Below, one piece after another: positions 48,565 to 59,316 of a stretch of 64,000 nucleotides of DNA (positions are counted from its first letter, which is position 1; each line of letters starts with the position of its first letter). The notes under the pieces are model-generated. The model searched no databases. It worked only from the letters and a program-made list of their open reading frames with translations, and was not told the DNA's origin. Position numbers and translations under genes: made by a program. Origin of the DNA: Clostridiales bacterium (GTDB lineage: Bacteria > Bacillota > Clostridia > TANB77 > CAG-508); contig SVGD01000004.1 in NCBI GenBank assembly GCA_015056485.1, positions 37,460 to 101,459 of the forward strand, in the 5' to 3' direction.

Positions 48565-50418
48565 TTAAATAGCACCAAAGTGGCATTTGCTAGCACATAA
48601 TCCACATTTAATACATTTTTCTGTATCTATAACATATCCATTTTCTCTATCTCCAGTTATTGCTCCCACTGGACAATTTTTAGCACATAGCCCACATCTT
48701 TTACATTTTTCAGAGTTAATCTCCATCTTAGCTAATGCTTTACATTCATTTGTTACACATTTTTTATCTTCAATATGAGCAACATATTCATCTCTAAAGT
48801 ATTTTATTGTACTTAACACTGGATTTGGTGCTGTTTGACCAAGTCCACATACAGAAGCTTTTTTTATTGTTTCAGCTAAGGTTTCTAGTTTTTCAATATT
48901 ACCTGTTTCGCCTTCACCCTCTGTTATTCTTTCTAGAATTTCAAGCATTCTTTTTGTACCAATTCTACATGGATTACATTTCCCACATGACTCATCTACT
49001 GTAAATCCTAAATAGAATTTTGCAAGATTCACCATACATTTAGAATCATCCATAACAATTAATCCACCAGACCCCATCATAGAACCAATTTGCATTAATG
49101 ATTCATAATCTATTGGTGTATCTAAATGTTCTTCTGGTATACATCCTCCTGAAGGCCCTCCTGTTTGAGCTGCTTTAAATTTACGTCCTTCTGGAATTCC
49201 TCCACCTATATCATAAACAATTTCTCTTAAAGTTGTTCCCATAGGTACTTCAACAAGCCCTACATTTACAACATTACCACCTAAAGCAAAAACTTTTGTA
49301 CCTTTAGAATTTTCTGTTCCAATTGAATTATACCATTTTGCACCATTTAAAATTATTTTTGTTATATTTGCATATGTTTCAACATTATTTATTAGTGTTG
49401 GTTTTCCCCATAATCCTGAATTTGCTGGAAATGGTGGTTTTAATCTTGGTCTTCCACTTCGTCCTTCAATTGATTCTAAAAGTGCAGTCTCTTCTCCACA
49501 TACGAATGCTCCTGCACCAAGTCTTATTTCCAAATCAAAACTAAATTCAGTTCCAAATATATTTTCTCCTAATATTCCATATTCCTTAGCTTGATCTATT
49601 GCTGTTTGAAATCTATGTACTGCAATTGGGTATTCAGCTCTTACATATATATATCCTTTATTTGCTCCTACTGCATATCCCGCAATCATCATAGCTTCTA
49701 TTATTGAATGTGGATCTCCTTCTAAAATACTTCTATCCATGAACGCTCCTGGGTCTCCCTCATCAGCATTACATACTACATATTTTTGTTTTCCTTCAGC
49801 AATTTTTGTAAAGAACCATTTTTTACCTGTAGAGAAACCTGCTCCACCTCTACCACGAAGTCCAGATTCTGTTATTTCATTTATTACGTCATCTTGACTC
49901 ATTTCAAAAAGCACTTTTTCCAATGCTTTATATCCATCAAAAGCTATGTATTCATCAATATTTTCTGGGTCAATTATTCCACAGTTTTGAAGAGCAATTC
50001 TCTTTTGTTTTTTATAAAAAGTCAACTCATCTAATCTTTGAACAACTGAATTGTCAATATCTTTACAAAGAAGTCTTTCTACTATTTTTCCTTCAACAAT
50101 ATGTGTATTTATAATTTCTTCACAATCTTCTGGCCTTACCATTGCATAAAAAGTATCCTCTGGTCTTATTATAACTATTGGACCTTTAGCACAAAGTCCA
50201 AAACACCCCGTTTGTATAACTCTAACATTTTCAATATTCTTTTCACTCAAAATATTTCTAAAATTTTCTATGATTTTAGGTGATTTTGATGATGTACATC
50301 CTGTACCATGACATACTAGTATATGTTTTTCTCTTGTATTCGCATTTAAATTAACACGTAAATCTAGTTCTTTTCTTTTTTCTTCTCTAATTTTTCTTAT
50401 TTCTTCTAAAGACTTCAT
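48565..50418 (-). CDS. hydB: Bifurcating hydrogenase NADH/FMN-binding subunit (NuoF-like)
   Basis: SGLRGRGGAGF, CNADEGDPGAFMDR, GAGAFVCGEETAL, ESCGKCNPCRIG, C-terminal 2x4Fe-4S; start at MKSLEE after GGGGAGG. Confidence 0.95.
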   Translation of the reverse strand: MKSLEEIRKIREEKRKELDLRVNLNANTREKHILVCHGTGCTSSKSPKIIENFRNILSEKNIENVRVIQTGCFGLCAKGPIVIIRPEDTFYAMVRPEDCEEIINTHIVEGKIVERLLCKDIDNSVVQRLDELTFYKKQKRIALQNCGIIDPENIDEYIAFDGYKALEKVLFEMSQDDVINEITESGLRGRGGAGFSTGKKWFFTKIAEGKQKYVVCNADEGDPGAFMDRSILEGDPHSIIEAMMIAGYAVGANKGYIYVRAEYPIAVHRFQTAIDQAKEYGILGENIFGTEFSFDLEIRLGAGAFVCGEETALLESIEGRSGRPRLKPPFPANSGLWGKPTLINNVETYANITKIILNGAKWYNSIGTENSKGTKVFALGGNVVNVGLVEVPMGTTLREIVYDIGGGIPEGRKFKAAQTGGPSGGCIPEEHLDTPIDYESLMQIGSMMGSGGLIVMDDSKCMVNLAKFYLGFTVDESCGKCNPCRIGTKRMLEILERITEGEGETGNIEKLETLAETIKKASVCGLGQTAPNPVLSTIKYFRDEYVAHIEDKKCVTNECKALAKMEINSEKCKRCGLCAKNCPVGAITGDRENGYVIDTEKCIKCGLCASKCHFGAI

Positions 50419-50454
50419 TCCTTGCCTCCCCTGTTTATAATTATAATTCATTTT

Positions 50455-50503
50455 GTAGGGGTCGGTCTTGACCGACCCAGGTCAGGTCAAGACCTGCCCC
50501 TAC
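50455..50503. repeat. REP doublet subtype D inside the hydrogenase operon
   Basis: GTAGGGGTCGGTCTTGACCGACCC-A-GGTCAGGTCAAGACCTGCCCCTAC. Confidence 0.9.
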
Positions 50504-50510
50504 ATGACCT

Positions 50511-50996
50511 CTATTCATTTATATACTTATCTAAAATCTTATCCACCATCTCCGGCGTAGCCTTTCCATATACCTCGTCATTTATAGTAAATACTGGAGC
50601 TAACCCACAAGCTCCTATACATCTTGTTGCTTCTATAGAAAATTTTCCATCTTCAGTAGTTTCTCCAACATCTATTCCTAATTTTTCTTTAACTTTATCT
50701 AATATCTTTTCAGAACCCTTTACAAAACATGCTGTTCCTAAACATACAGCTATATTATACCTACCTTTTGGTTTTAATGTAAATCTTGCATAAAATGTAA
50801 TTACTCCATATACTTCAGCCATTGGCATATCTAAGTATTCTGAAATTCTTTTTTGTACATATTTTGGTATATATCCATATTGAACCTGCACTTCATTTAG
50901 TATTTGTATTAAATTACCTTTATCTTGATTATATTTTTGTAAAATATTCTCTAATTTTTCGTCCTTATAATTCTCACATCCACATTTGCAATTCAT
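50511..50996 (-). CDS. hydC: Bifurcating hydrogenase 2Fe-2S subunit (NuoE-like)
   Basis: VCLGTACFVKG, RCIGACGLAPV. Confidence 0.95.
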   Translation of the reverse strand: MNCKCGCENYKDEKLENILQKYNQDKGNLIQILNEVQVQYGYIPKYVQKRISEYLDMPMAEVYGVITFYARFTLKPKGRYNIAVCLGTACFVKGSEKILDKVKEKLGIDVGETTEDGKFSIEATRCIGACGLAPVFTINDEVYGKATPEMVDKILDKYINE

Positions 50997-51077
50997 ACAT
51001 AAACCTCCAAATTCATTATTTTATTATAACAAAAGACTTTCTTTACTATATGTAAAGAAAGTCATAATTATTACTAT

Positions 51078-51896
51078 CTATATACCTCTATATTTATTAT
51101 ATTTAACATATCCAAACACACCTAGTGCCATTATGATTACAGCAAAAGGAATAAGGTCTTCAACTCCAGCATCTGGAGCATTTGTGTTTGCAGTTTGCGA
51201 ATTAGTAGTTGTTGATTGAGATGTTTCTTTTTTCTCATCACTGTTATCAGCACTATTACTTGGTTTTAAAGAAGGAATATCATCCATACTTCCAGCTCCA
51301 CCAGCATTAATTGTAATTGATTGTGTTGATGCATTTGAAGCCTCAATACTTGTTGAAGAATTACTTCCTGCAGTTGCTTTCATATTAGTTAATGAGATTT
51401 TTTCTGTTGAACTACTTCCTGTGCCTTTAACTTTAAATTTTATATCTCCAATTTCTGTATATGCTGAAGCATTTTTTATAGGGCTTGATATAGTTATTGC
51501 TAAAAACGCACTAATTCCTTGTTCTTCAACTAAGGTAATACACCAATTTTCATTAACACATATAAGTTTACATTCTTTACCTTGTGCTTCCATTTCTTTT
51601 TTCATTTCGCTTAAAATTGTTGCCATAATACTATCAGCTTCTTCAATAGCTGTATTATAATCTATTGTTACTAATTCAAAAACATTTTTATTAAATTCAA
51701 TTGTTCCTCCCAATCCCATTATATCACTAGTTGCACTGCTTGTTGCTGAAATTGTAACTGCAACTTCATCTCCGGTGTTTAAAACTGACTTATCCATTTC
51801 TAACTTCACTGATACTTCTTCAGCCGCAAAAGAATTATTTACAAAAGCCAATAAAAATATAATTCCAAACACTAGTATCCCTACAAATTTCTTCAT
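51078..51896 (-). CDS. Secreted cohesin-like protein with C-terminal sorting-like signal
   Basis: Signal peptide; GDEVAVTIS...GTIEFNKNVFE...IKFKVK; S/T/N linker; APDAG + TM + basic tail. Confidence 0.72.
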   Translation of the reverse strand: MKKFVGILVFGIIFLLAFVNNSFAAEEVSVKLEMDKSVLNTGDEVAVTISATSSATSDIMGLGGTIEFNKNVFELVTIDYNTAIEEADSIMATILSEMKKEMEAQGKECKLICVNENWCITLVEEQGISAFLAITISSPIKNASAYTEIGDIKFKVKGTGSSSTEKISLTNMKATAGSNSSTSIEASNASTQSITINAGGAGSMDDIPSLKPSNSADNSDEKKETSQSTTTNSQTANTNAPDAGVEDLIPFAVIIMALGVFGYVKYNKYRGI

Positions 51897-52021
51897 TTTT
51901 TTCTCCTATGTTACATATTTATATTTATTATATAGTTTTAATCAATTAAATGCAAGCTCTTTTTTTTAAATAATAAAAAAAAATCTTGGAAATCATTCCA
52001 AGATTTTCTTTTATTATTTTA

Positions 52022-53017
52022 TTACATCATAATTGTTGTTGTAACTAAAAATTTTAAAAGGTTTTTTATTAATGATAACATTGCTTTTATTAAACCATTC
52101 GCAATCATATTTATTGTTTCTGTAGGGATAGTATTTCCCATTATTCCTGCTTCAACAACATTAACATTAATAATTTGATTTTTATCATAAGTAATTTGAG
52201 CTTTACCATTTCCTATTGGCGAATTATTTATACTAGCATTTCCGCTCACTTCTACACCTTTATCTATCATTGTTATTGTAGCATCTCCATTAACTGTAAT
52301 TTTATCAAGTACAGATACAGTTCCTCCTCCTGTTACAGATGGTTTGCCATTCCCTATATCTAAAGAACAACTTCCGTCAACATTTACAATATTAATTTTT
52401 TGTCCTTCTTGTAATAAAACTACATCTTCACCTATTTGAATTCCTCCATCAATCATTTGTACAGTTGTCTCTGATGTTATAGGATATTTTTCACCATTTA
52501 TTTCAATTGTTAATCTTGCTCCATCCTCTAAATTAAAATCATATGTAATATATTCTCCTATATCATCTACCTTGCATTCTTCAAACTTTATATATCCTAT
52601 TGTAGGCATTTTTTTTCCTTCTTCTATAAAAGCAACACCTATCATACCTTCTGATTTTTTTGTTAAAATATCTGTTACTAATGCTAACTGATTTGTATAT
52701 TCTCCTACTACATTATATTCTGGTGAAGTTTTTTCTCCTAATAGTTTATTAAGTATATCAAACATTTTAGCTTTATATAATTTTCCAGTAAATTTAATTT
52801 TTCTATTTAATTTTACTTGGCTAATATCATTTAATTGCCCTTCTATTTGATTTTCTAGTTCATCCTCTTTCTCCCCTTCCAATTCATCTGGTTTGAATTC
52901 ATTTTCATTTGTTGTATTTTCTCCATTTGTAGCTAAAACCAGTGTCGGTAACACCATAGCAAACATCATTAAGAAAATTAAAAAGCACGCAATAATTTTT
53001 TCAACTCTGCTTTTCAT
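52022..53017 (-). CDS. Secreted hypothetical protein (paralog of 53193-54206)
   Basis: Signal peptide; shares KIKFTGKLYK, G.YT.Q.A.VT, GYIK..E.KV, TVQ...GGIQI with neighbour. Confidence 0.8.
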   Translation of the reverse strand: MKSRVEKIIACFLIFLMMFAMVLPTLVLATNGENTTNENEFKPDELEGEKEDELENQIEGQLNDISQVKLNRKIKFTGKLYKAKMFDILNKLLGEKTSPEYNVVGEYTNQLALVTDILTKKSEGMIGVAFIEEGKKMPTIGYIKFEECKVDDIGEYITYDFNLEDGARLTIEINGEKYPITSETTVQMIDGGIQIGEDVVLLQEGQKINIVNVDGSCSLDIGNGKPSVTGGGTVSVLDKITVNGDATITMIDKGVEVSGNASINNSPIGNGKAQITYDKNQIINVNVVEAGIMGNTIPTETINMIANGLIKAMLSLIKNLLKFLVTTTIMM

Positions 53018-53192
53018 TTAATATACCTCCTTTATTCTATAACTTATTTAAATAATCTTAATTAAATAAGCATACATTTTCAATCAAATTAATTATACAA
53101 CATTTTTCCATTTATGTCAACTCATTCCGTGTTTTCAAGATGTTTTCTAAAAAAAATTAGAGCATTTACATGCTCCAATTTTTTATTATGTT

Positions 53193-54206
53193 TTAAAATA
53201 ATTTTCCAAATATTTTACTAAAAATATCTTTTATGAAACCTATTATTTTTGATATAATATCACCTATTATAGTTTTAAAATTTTCAGTTTTTACTTCTTT
53301 TCCATCTATTTCTGCTGAAATTATTTTTAATTTAACATCTCCCTCTTCATATGTAACCTCAAGTTCACCTGATACTTCTTCTCCATTCACTATTGCATTT
53401 CCTTTTACAATAAATCCATTACTTGTGATTTTAAATTTAGTATCTCCATTTATAATGAATCTATCAATCATTTTATTACTTTCATTTTCTAAACAGAAAT
53501 TTCCTTTTAATCCTACAATTTCAATTTCATCGCCTTCTTTTAATGCAATAAATTCATCATCTATTTGAATTCCACCATTTGCTAATTGAACAACTGTATG
53601 AGAATTAATATCATATTCTTTTCCATTAACCTTTACAGAACCACTTTCACCTTCAAATAGTTTAAAATTAAGAGTTAAAAGCTTTCCATTTGCTAAAACT
53701 TTGCTTTCAGCAACCTTTATATATCCAAATGTTGATAGTATTTTTCCATCTCTAGTAAAAGTAACACCTAAAATCCCTTCATCTCTTTGACTGATTTCTG
53801 TTACTACAGCTACTTGTTCAGTATATGTACCTTTTTCTGCACTGCATTTTATAGTTTTATATAATTTTCCTGTAAATTTTATTTTATCTAATAATTTTAT
53901 TTGCTTAGCATCTGTTATATATTGTACATCTTCTTTTTTAGGTTCTTCTTTTTCTTTGTCTCCTTCATCAAGTTCATCATCTTCAAATTCACCTTTATCA
54001 ATAATTTCTTCTTTTCCTTCAGATTTATTTTCTGTTTTTACTTCAGACTTATTTTCTTCTTTTACAACTTCCTGTATTTGATTCTCTTGTTTTGTCTCTA
54101 ATTCATCATCTTCAAATTCCCCAGCAAAAACCATTGTAGGCAATAACATAATTGCTAATACTAAAAATCCAGATATTATTTTTCTTGATATTTCTTTTAT
54201 TTTCAT
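53193..54206 (-). CDS. Secreted hypothetical protein (paralog of 52022-53017)
   Basis: Signal peptide, duplicated GEFEDDEL, amphipathic C-terminal helix. Confidence 0.8.
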   Translation of the reverse strand: MKIKEISRKIISGFLVLAIMLLPTMVFAGEFEDDELETKQENQIQEVVKEENKSEVKTENKSEGKEEIIDKGEFEDDELDEGDKEKEEPKKEDVQYITDAKQIKLLDKIKFTGKLYKTIKCSAEKGTYTEQVAVVTEISQRDEGILGVTFTRDGKILSTFGYIKVAESKVLANGKLLTLNFKLFEGESGSVKVNGKEYDINSHTVVQLANGGIQIDDEFIALKEGDEIEIVGLKGNFCLENESNKMIDRFIINGDTKFKITSNGFIVKGNAIVNGEEVSGELEVTYEEGDVKLKIISAEIDGKEVKTENFKTIIGDIISKIIGFIKDIFSKIFGKLF

Positions 54207-54420
54207 AATTACATCAACCCCCTTTAATTATGTATAAAAGTTATTTTTATCAGATATTTCTTTCTTCTATAGCCATGACACTATAGCCATGGATAAATTA
54301 ATTATACACTTTCGCAAGTGGTTATGTCAACACTTTTTGTAAATTTTTCTATTTTTGTCTTATTTTTATTAAAATAAAGAAAGACGAATCATATTCGTCT
54401 TTCTACTTTTTATCTATTAC

Positions 54421-56220
54421 TTATTCAAATATTGCAGAGAATTCATCTCCATCAATTTTTTCTTTTTCTAATAATAATCCTGCTACTATTTGCAATTTAT
54501 CCATATTTGATGAAAGTATTTCTCTTGCTGTTGTATATGCTTTATCAATAATTCTTTTTACTTCTTCATCAATTAATCCAGCTGTTTCTTCACTAAAGTT
54601 TCTAGTTTGAGTAAAATCTCTTCCTAAAAATACTTCTTCTTGACCAGAACCAAATGTTATAGTTCCTAATTTTTCACTCATTCCATATTTTGTTACCATT
54701 TCACGAGCTATTTTTGAAGCCCTTTCTATATCATTGCTTGCACCCGTTGAAATATCATTTAATACTAAACTTTCTGCTACTCTACCACCTAAAAGTGAAA
54801 CAATAGACTCTTCCATTTCTGATTTAGACATGAAGCTTTTATCTTCATCAGGTCTGTACATTGTATATCCTCCAGCCATTCCTCTAGGTACTATAGAAAT
54901 TTGATGTATAGTATCTTGTGTTGGTAAAAATCTACTTACTACTGCGTGGCCAGCTTCATGGAAAGCAACTAATTTATTTTCTTTTTCACTTCTTACTCTA
55001 CTTTTCTTTTCTGGTCCCATTGTAACTTTAATCATTGCATCTTCAATTTCCATCATTTGTATTTCTTTTTTATTTCTTCTTGCTGCTAGTAAAGCTGCTT
55101 CATTTAATACATTCTCTAAATCTGCTCCTGAAAATCCTGCTGTATTTTTAGCAATTGTTCTTAAATCTATATCTTCTGAAATCTTTTTCTTTCTACTATG
55201 AACTTCTAATATTTCTTCTCTTGCTTTAACATCTGGCGCTGATACTAATATTTGTCTATCAAATCTTCCTGCTCTCAATAAAGCTTTATCTAGTACATCT
55301 GGTCTATTTGTTGCTGCAAGAACTATTACTCCCTCGTTTGCTCCAAATCCGTCCATTTCCACTAATAATTGATTTAATGTTTGTTCTCTTTCATCATGAC
55401 CTCCACCAAGTCCTGCACCTCTTTGACGTCCTACAGCATCAATTTCATCTATAAATATAATACATGGTGAATTTTTCTTTGCTTGTTCAAATAAATCTCT
55501 TACCCTTGAAGCACCAACACCAACAAACATTTCAACGAAGTCTGAACCACTTATTATAAAGAATGGCACTCCTGCTTCTCCTGCTACAGCTTTTGCTAAC
55601 ATTGTTTTTCCTGTTCCTGGAGGTCCAACTAATAATACACCTTTTGGAATTCTTGCACCCATATCTGTAAATTTTTTAGGCGCTTTTAGAAATTCAACAA
55701 TTTCTTCTAATTCCTCTTTTTCTTCATCTACACCAGCTACATCACCAAATGTTATTCTTGTTTTTTCTGTACCATTTACCATTCTTGCTCTGCTTTTTCC
55801 AAATGACATAGTTTTGTTTCCACCTGATTGATTATTACCCATGAATAAGAACCAGAATATAAAGAATATAATAAGTAATCCGAATGGTGATAATAAACCT
55901 AATATTGTAATAAAAATAGATTCTGATTTAGATTCTAAAGAAACAGCTCCATTTGCTAAATTTTCATTTACACTGTTCATAAAACTATCTAGACTTGGAA
56001 TGTTTACCTTTTTTTCTGTTTGACTATCATTTAATGTTACATATGCAGTAGTTCCGTCAGAATCAATTTCTATAGTTTTTACATTCCCACTTTTTACTGC
56101 TACCATTAAATCTGAATAACTCATCCTTGTATCAGAATTATCCATAATTGTGTAAACAAGAGTTATAAAGATTATTCCTATAATTAACCACATAGCAATT
56201 GTTTTTAAACTATTTTTCAT
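54421..56220 (-). CDS. ftsH: ATP-dependent zinc metalloprotease FtsH
   Basis: Two [24 protein letters not shown]. Confidence 0.98.
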   Translation of the reverse strand: MKNSLKTIAMWLIIGIIFITLVYTIMDNSDTRMSYSDLMVAVKSGNVKTIEIDSDGTTAYVTLNDSQTEKKVNIPSLDSFMNSVNENLANGAVSLESKSESIFITILGLLSPFGLLIIFFIFWFLFMGNNQSGGNKTMSFGKSRARMVNGTEKTRITFGDVAGVDEEKEELEEIVEFLKAPKKFTDMGARIPKGVLLVGPPGTGKTMLAKAVAGEAGVPFFIISGSDFVEMFVGVGASRVRDLFEQAKKNSPCIIFIDEIDAVGRQRGAGLGGGHDEREQTLNQLLVEMDGFGANEGVIVLAATNRPDVLDKALLRAGRFDRQILVSAPDVKAREEILEVHSRKKKISEDIDLRTIAKNTAGFSGADLENVLNEAALLAARRNKKEIQMMEIEDAMIKVTMGPEKKSRVRSEKENKLVAFHEAGHAVVSRFLPTQDTIHQISIVPRGMAGGYTMYRPDEDKSFMSKSEMEESIVSLLGGRVAESLVLNDISTGASNDIERASKIAREMVTKYGMSEKLGTITFGSGQEEVFLGRDFTQTRNFSEETAGLIDEEVKRIIDKAYTTAREILSSNMDKLQIVAGLLLEKEKIDGDEFSAIFE

Positions 56221-56354
56221 TTTAATTCTCCTTTATTAGCTTAATTCTTTTGTAAAATATTTTTTCTAAACTGCACTATAACATAAGCAATTATCAAATT
56301 CAATACTTTTCAACAAACTTTTTTTGTCGAAATGCAGACGTATCAAGGCTTTTC

Positions 56355-57380
56355 CTACGGAAACTCAATGTTAGGTGTGAAAAAAATTTTTCTATTTTTT
56401 ACTAATATTTTTATATCTTTTATAGGTAATAAATATTTATTTCCTATATTATTATCACATAATTTAATTATGTCATCTATATTAACCTTCTCTATACCAT
56501 TAGTATGCCCTAAAACCATATTTATAGTATATAAAATTATTCTTCTTTTTATTACTAATTCTAATTGATTGAATTTTTTAAGGTCTAATACTATTTGATT
56601 ATTTTCTGGCATTTCTTCGCAGTGCGGACGACCAATGGTCGCCCCTACATTTATTTCGTTAAATTTTTGAATCGTTATTTTATTTAAATATTCGTCTTCT
56701 TCTGTTGCTATTTCGGATAATCTATTTATTGTTTTATTTATGCTTGGGTTAAATTCTTCTTTTATATAGGGAATCACTACATTTCTGACTTTATTTCTTG
56801 TATAAATATTTTCATCGTTTGATTTATCATACTTCGGATTTAATTTTTTATCATTGCAATAATCTTCTATTTCTTGTCTTTCTATTTCTATTAAAGGTCT
56901 TATAAATTTATTATCTCTTTTTGCTTCAATTCCCTTTAATCCTGTTAATGAACTTCCTCTTAAAATATTCATAATTATAGTTTCTACTTTATCATTATTA
57001 TTATGTGCTGTTGCTATTTTATTCGAATTTGTTAATAATAATACCTCTTCAAAGAAACTATATCTTACTTCTCTTCCCTTTTCTTCTGTACCTTTTTTTT
57101 CTTTTTTTGCTAATTCAATAACTTTAACCTTCTTTGTAAAGCACTGTACACCAATTTTTTCACAGAATTCTTGTACATACTTAGTTTCTTCAATAGCTTC
57201 TTCTCTAATCATATGATTAATATGAGCAACATATATTTCGAAATTTAGCTCATTTTTTATTTCATTTAAAATATGTAGTAGGCATATTGAATCTGGCCCA
57301 CCAGATACACCTATTACAATTCTATCTCCACTTTGTATTAAATTATATTTTTTTATTGTTTGTAAAATTTTTTGTTTCAT
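56355..57380 (-). CDS. tilS: tRNA(Ile)-lysidine synthetase carrying an in-frame REP
   Basis: GVSGGPDS PP-loop, AHINH, ATAHN, RPL, RNKVR; adjacent to ftsH. Confidence 0.95.
   Translation of the reverse strand: MKQKILQTIKKYNLIQSGDRIVIGVSGGPDSICLLHILNEIKNELNFEIYVAHINHMIREEAIEETKYVQEFCEKIGVQCFTKKVKVIELAKKEKKGTEEKGREVRYSFFEEVLLLTNSNKIATAHNNNDKVETIIMNILRGSSLTGLKGIEAKRDNKFIRPLIEIERQEIEDYCNDKKLNPKYDKSNDENIYTRNKVRNVVIPYIKEEFNPSINKTINRLSEIATEEDEYLNKITIQKFNEINVGATIGRPHCEEMPENNQIVLDLKKFNQLELVIKRRIILYTINMVLGHTNGIEKVNIDDIIKLCDNNIGNKYLLPIKDIKILVKNRKIFFTPNIEFP
56625..56648 (-). repeat. REP subtype A inside tilS coding sequence (VGATIGRP)
   Basis: Identical to intergenic copies at 3305, 8760, 59317. Confidence 0.92.
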
Positions 57381-57538
57381 ACTAATTCACCTGCTATTAT
57401 TAATTATATTATTATATCATTTGCTATTAATAAAAGCAATTATTTGATTTCATTTACATAATATGTTATAATGTTTTTAGTGCAGCATCGCCTGTACAAA
57501 ATTTATTGGGCTAATTGCCCGAAAGGGGGCTAACAAAA

Positions 57539-57847
57539 ATGTTAGCAATCACAGCAAAGGTAAGACTTTTGAAGGAGGAGGTGTTTTCAGCTAAGAGTCT
57601 CTTCAAGGACATTATCGGTTCTCTTAAAGGATTGGATTCTAATTCCAATTATTACGAGAAAATCGGTATATTCTGCAGACAGAAACCTGAATGGAAAATT
57701 CTGTCTAAAGAAAGGGATCTCTATGTAAGTGCTCTTCGTCAGGTATGCACTGGTGAAGCGTCTCCTGAAGATGCAACCGAATTTTTTGAGCATGCTCTTA
57801 AAGAAATCGAGAAAATCGATACATGGCTTCAGGTTCCTAAAAAGTAA
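57539..57847 (+). CDS. Hypothetical protein (orphan-type, higher GC)
   Basis: ATG 57539 after AAGGGGG; TTGATT-N17-TATAAT promoter at 57444-57472; downstream hairpin. Confidence 0.65.
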   Translation: MLAITAKVRLLKEEVFSAKSLFKDIIGSLKGLDSNSNYYEKIGIFCRQKPEWKILSKERDLYVSALRQVCTGEASPEDATEFFEHALKEIEKIDTWLQVPKK

Positions 57848-57945
57848 CTTATTTGCTCCCATCCCCGCTTTGAGCTGGTAGCGTAATACTGGTTCACAAA
57901 AAAGGAGGTTTCCCGCGTATTTCACGTTGGAACCTCCTGATTGTT

Positions 57946-59277
57946 TTATTCTCTATATCTTTCTATATTAGCAAATTTTGTATAACTTCCCATCCATAAT
58001 AATTCTACTGTTCCTGTTGAACCAGCTCTGTGTTTTGCCATTATTACTTCTGCAATATTTTTCTTTTCAGATTCTGGATTATAGTAATCATCTCTATATA
58101 AAAACATTACTATATCAGCATCTTGCTCTATTGCTCCAGATTCACGCAAGTCAGAAAGCATTGGTCTGTGGTCAGCACGTTGCTCTGCCGCTCTTGATAG
58201 CTGTGATAATGCAATAACTGGAACATCTAATTCTTTCGCTAGAATTTTTAAAGATCTACTTATTTCTGAAATTTCTTGCTCACGGCTAGAATTTCTTTTG
58301 CTATTTCCTTGTATTAATTGTAAATAGTCAATTACTATTAATCCTATACCCTTTTCTATTTTTAATTTTCTACATTTTGCTCTTATTTCTGCTACTGTAA
58401 TTCCTGGTGTGTCGTCTATATAAATTGGTGCTTCTGAAAGTGGCCCTAATGCCGTTGCTAGTTTCGCCCAATCATCTTCTTCAATTTTACCAGTTCTTAC
58501 TTTGTTACTATCAACCATTGCTTCGCTACATAAAATTCTGCTTACTAGCTGACTTTTTGACATTTCAAGATTAAATATAGCTACTGGAACCTTACTTTTT
58601 ACAGCTGCATTTGTTGCTATATTTAAAGCAAAAGCTGATTTTCCCATTGCAGGTCTTGCCGCAACTAATACCAAATCTGAATTGTGCAATCCTGCTGTTT
58701 TGTAATCTAAATCTGAAAATCCTGTAGGCACACCTGTTATTGGTTCTTTTTGGTTATATAATTTTTCTATTTCTGCAAAACTTTCTACTAATATATCTTT
58801 TAATGCTGAAAATCCTTTTTGGTTTCTATTTTGCATTATATCAAATATTTTCTTTTCAGCTTGGTCAACTATTGATTCTACTTCTTCTGTTTCAGCATAT
58901 CCTAAATCAATTAACTCATTTGCTGTTTTTATTAAGTTTCTTAAAATAGATTTTTCTTCTACTATTGTTATATATTGGTCAACATTCGCTGTCGTTGGAA
59001 CTTTATCTGGAAGCATCGCTAAATATTCTAAACCACCAACTACCTCAAATTTTCCCATAGATATTAATTCAGCTTTTACTGTAATTATATCTATAGGTTC
59101 AGCTCTATTGTATAGATTCATTGTCGCTTCATATATTAATTTATTATCTTGTCTGTAAAAATCATCTGCTTTTAATTTTTCTACTGCATCTATTACTGCA
59201 TCTTTATCTGTCAACATACTTCCTATAACAGCTTGTTCTGCATCGATGTCGTGCGGTGGAATTTTGCCTAGTTCCAT
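57946..59277 (-). CDS. dnaB: Replicative DNA helicase
   Basis: PPHDIDAEQAV, AARPAMGKS, IDYLQL, LSQLSR, DLRESGAIEQDAD. Confidence 0.98.
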   Translation of the reverse strand: MELGKIPPHDIDAEQAVIGSMLTDKDAVIDAVEKLKADDFYRQDNKLIYEATMNLYNRAEPIDIITVKAELISMGKFEVVGGLEYLAMLPDKVPTTANVDQYITIVEEKSILRNLIKTANELIDLGYAETEEVESIVDQAEKKIFDIMQNRNQKGFSALKDILVESFAEIEKLYNQKEPITGVPTGFSDLDYKTAGLHNSDLVLVAARPAMGKSAFALNIATNAAVKSKVPVAIFNLEMSKSQLVSRILCSEAMVDSNKVRTGKIEEDDWAKLATALGPLSEAPIYIDDTPGITVAEIRAKCRKLKIEKGIGLIVIDYLQLIQGNSKRNSSREQEISEISRSLKILAKELDVPVIALSQLSRAAEQRADHRPMLSDLRESGAIEQDADIVMFLYRDDYYNPESEKKNIAEVIMAKHRAGSTGTVELLWMGSYTKFANIERYRE

Positions 59278-59316
59278 GATTTTCTCCTTTCATTTTTTTG
59301 CATTCCTTACGGGTCA

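Noticed and set aside
50419..50451. hydB start at 50451; likewise upstream starts for rpoC (40957), yqeY (34435), 9833 and 13601
   Set aside because: The extensions contain the Shine-Dalgarno sequence of the downstream ATG.
48565..50996. Respiratory complex I (nuoE/nuoF)
   Set aside because: No other nuo genes; adjacency to an [FeFe]-hydrogenase indicates HydABC.
57587..57925. 112-aa minus-strand ORF
   Set aside because: Antisense to 57539-57847, which has the promoter and RBS; starts inside a terminator-like hairpin.
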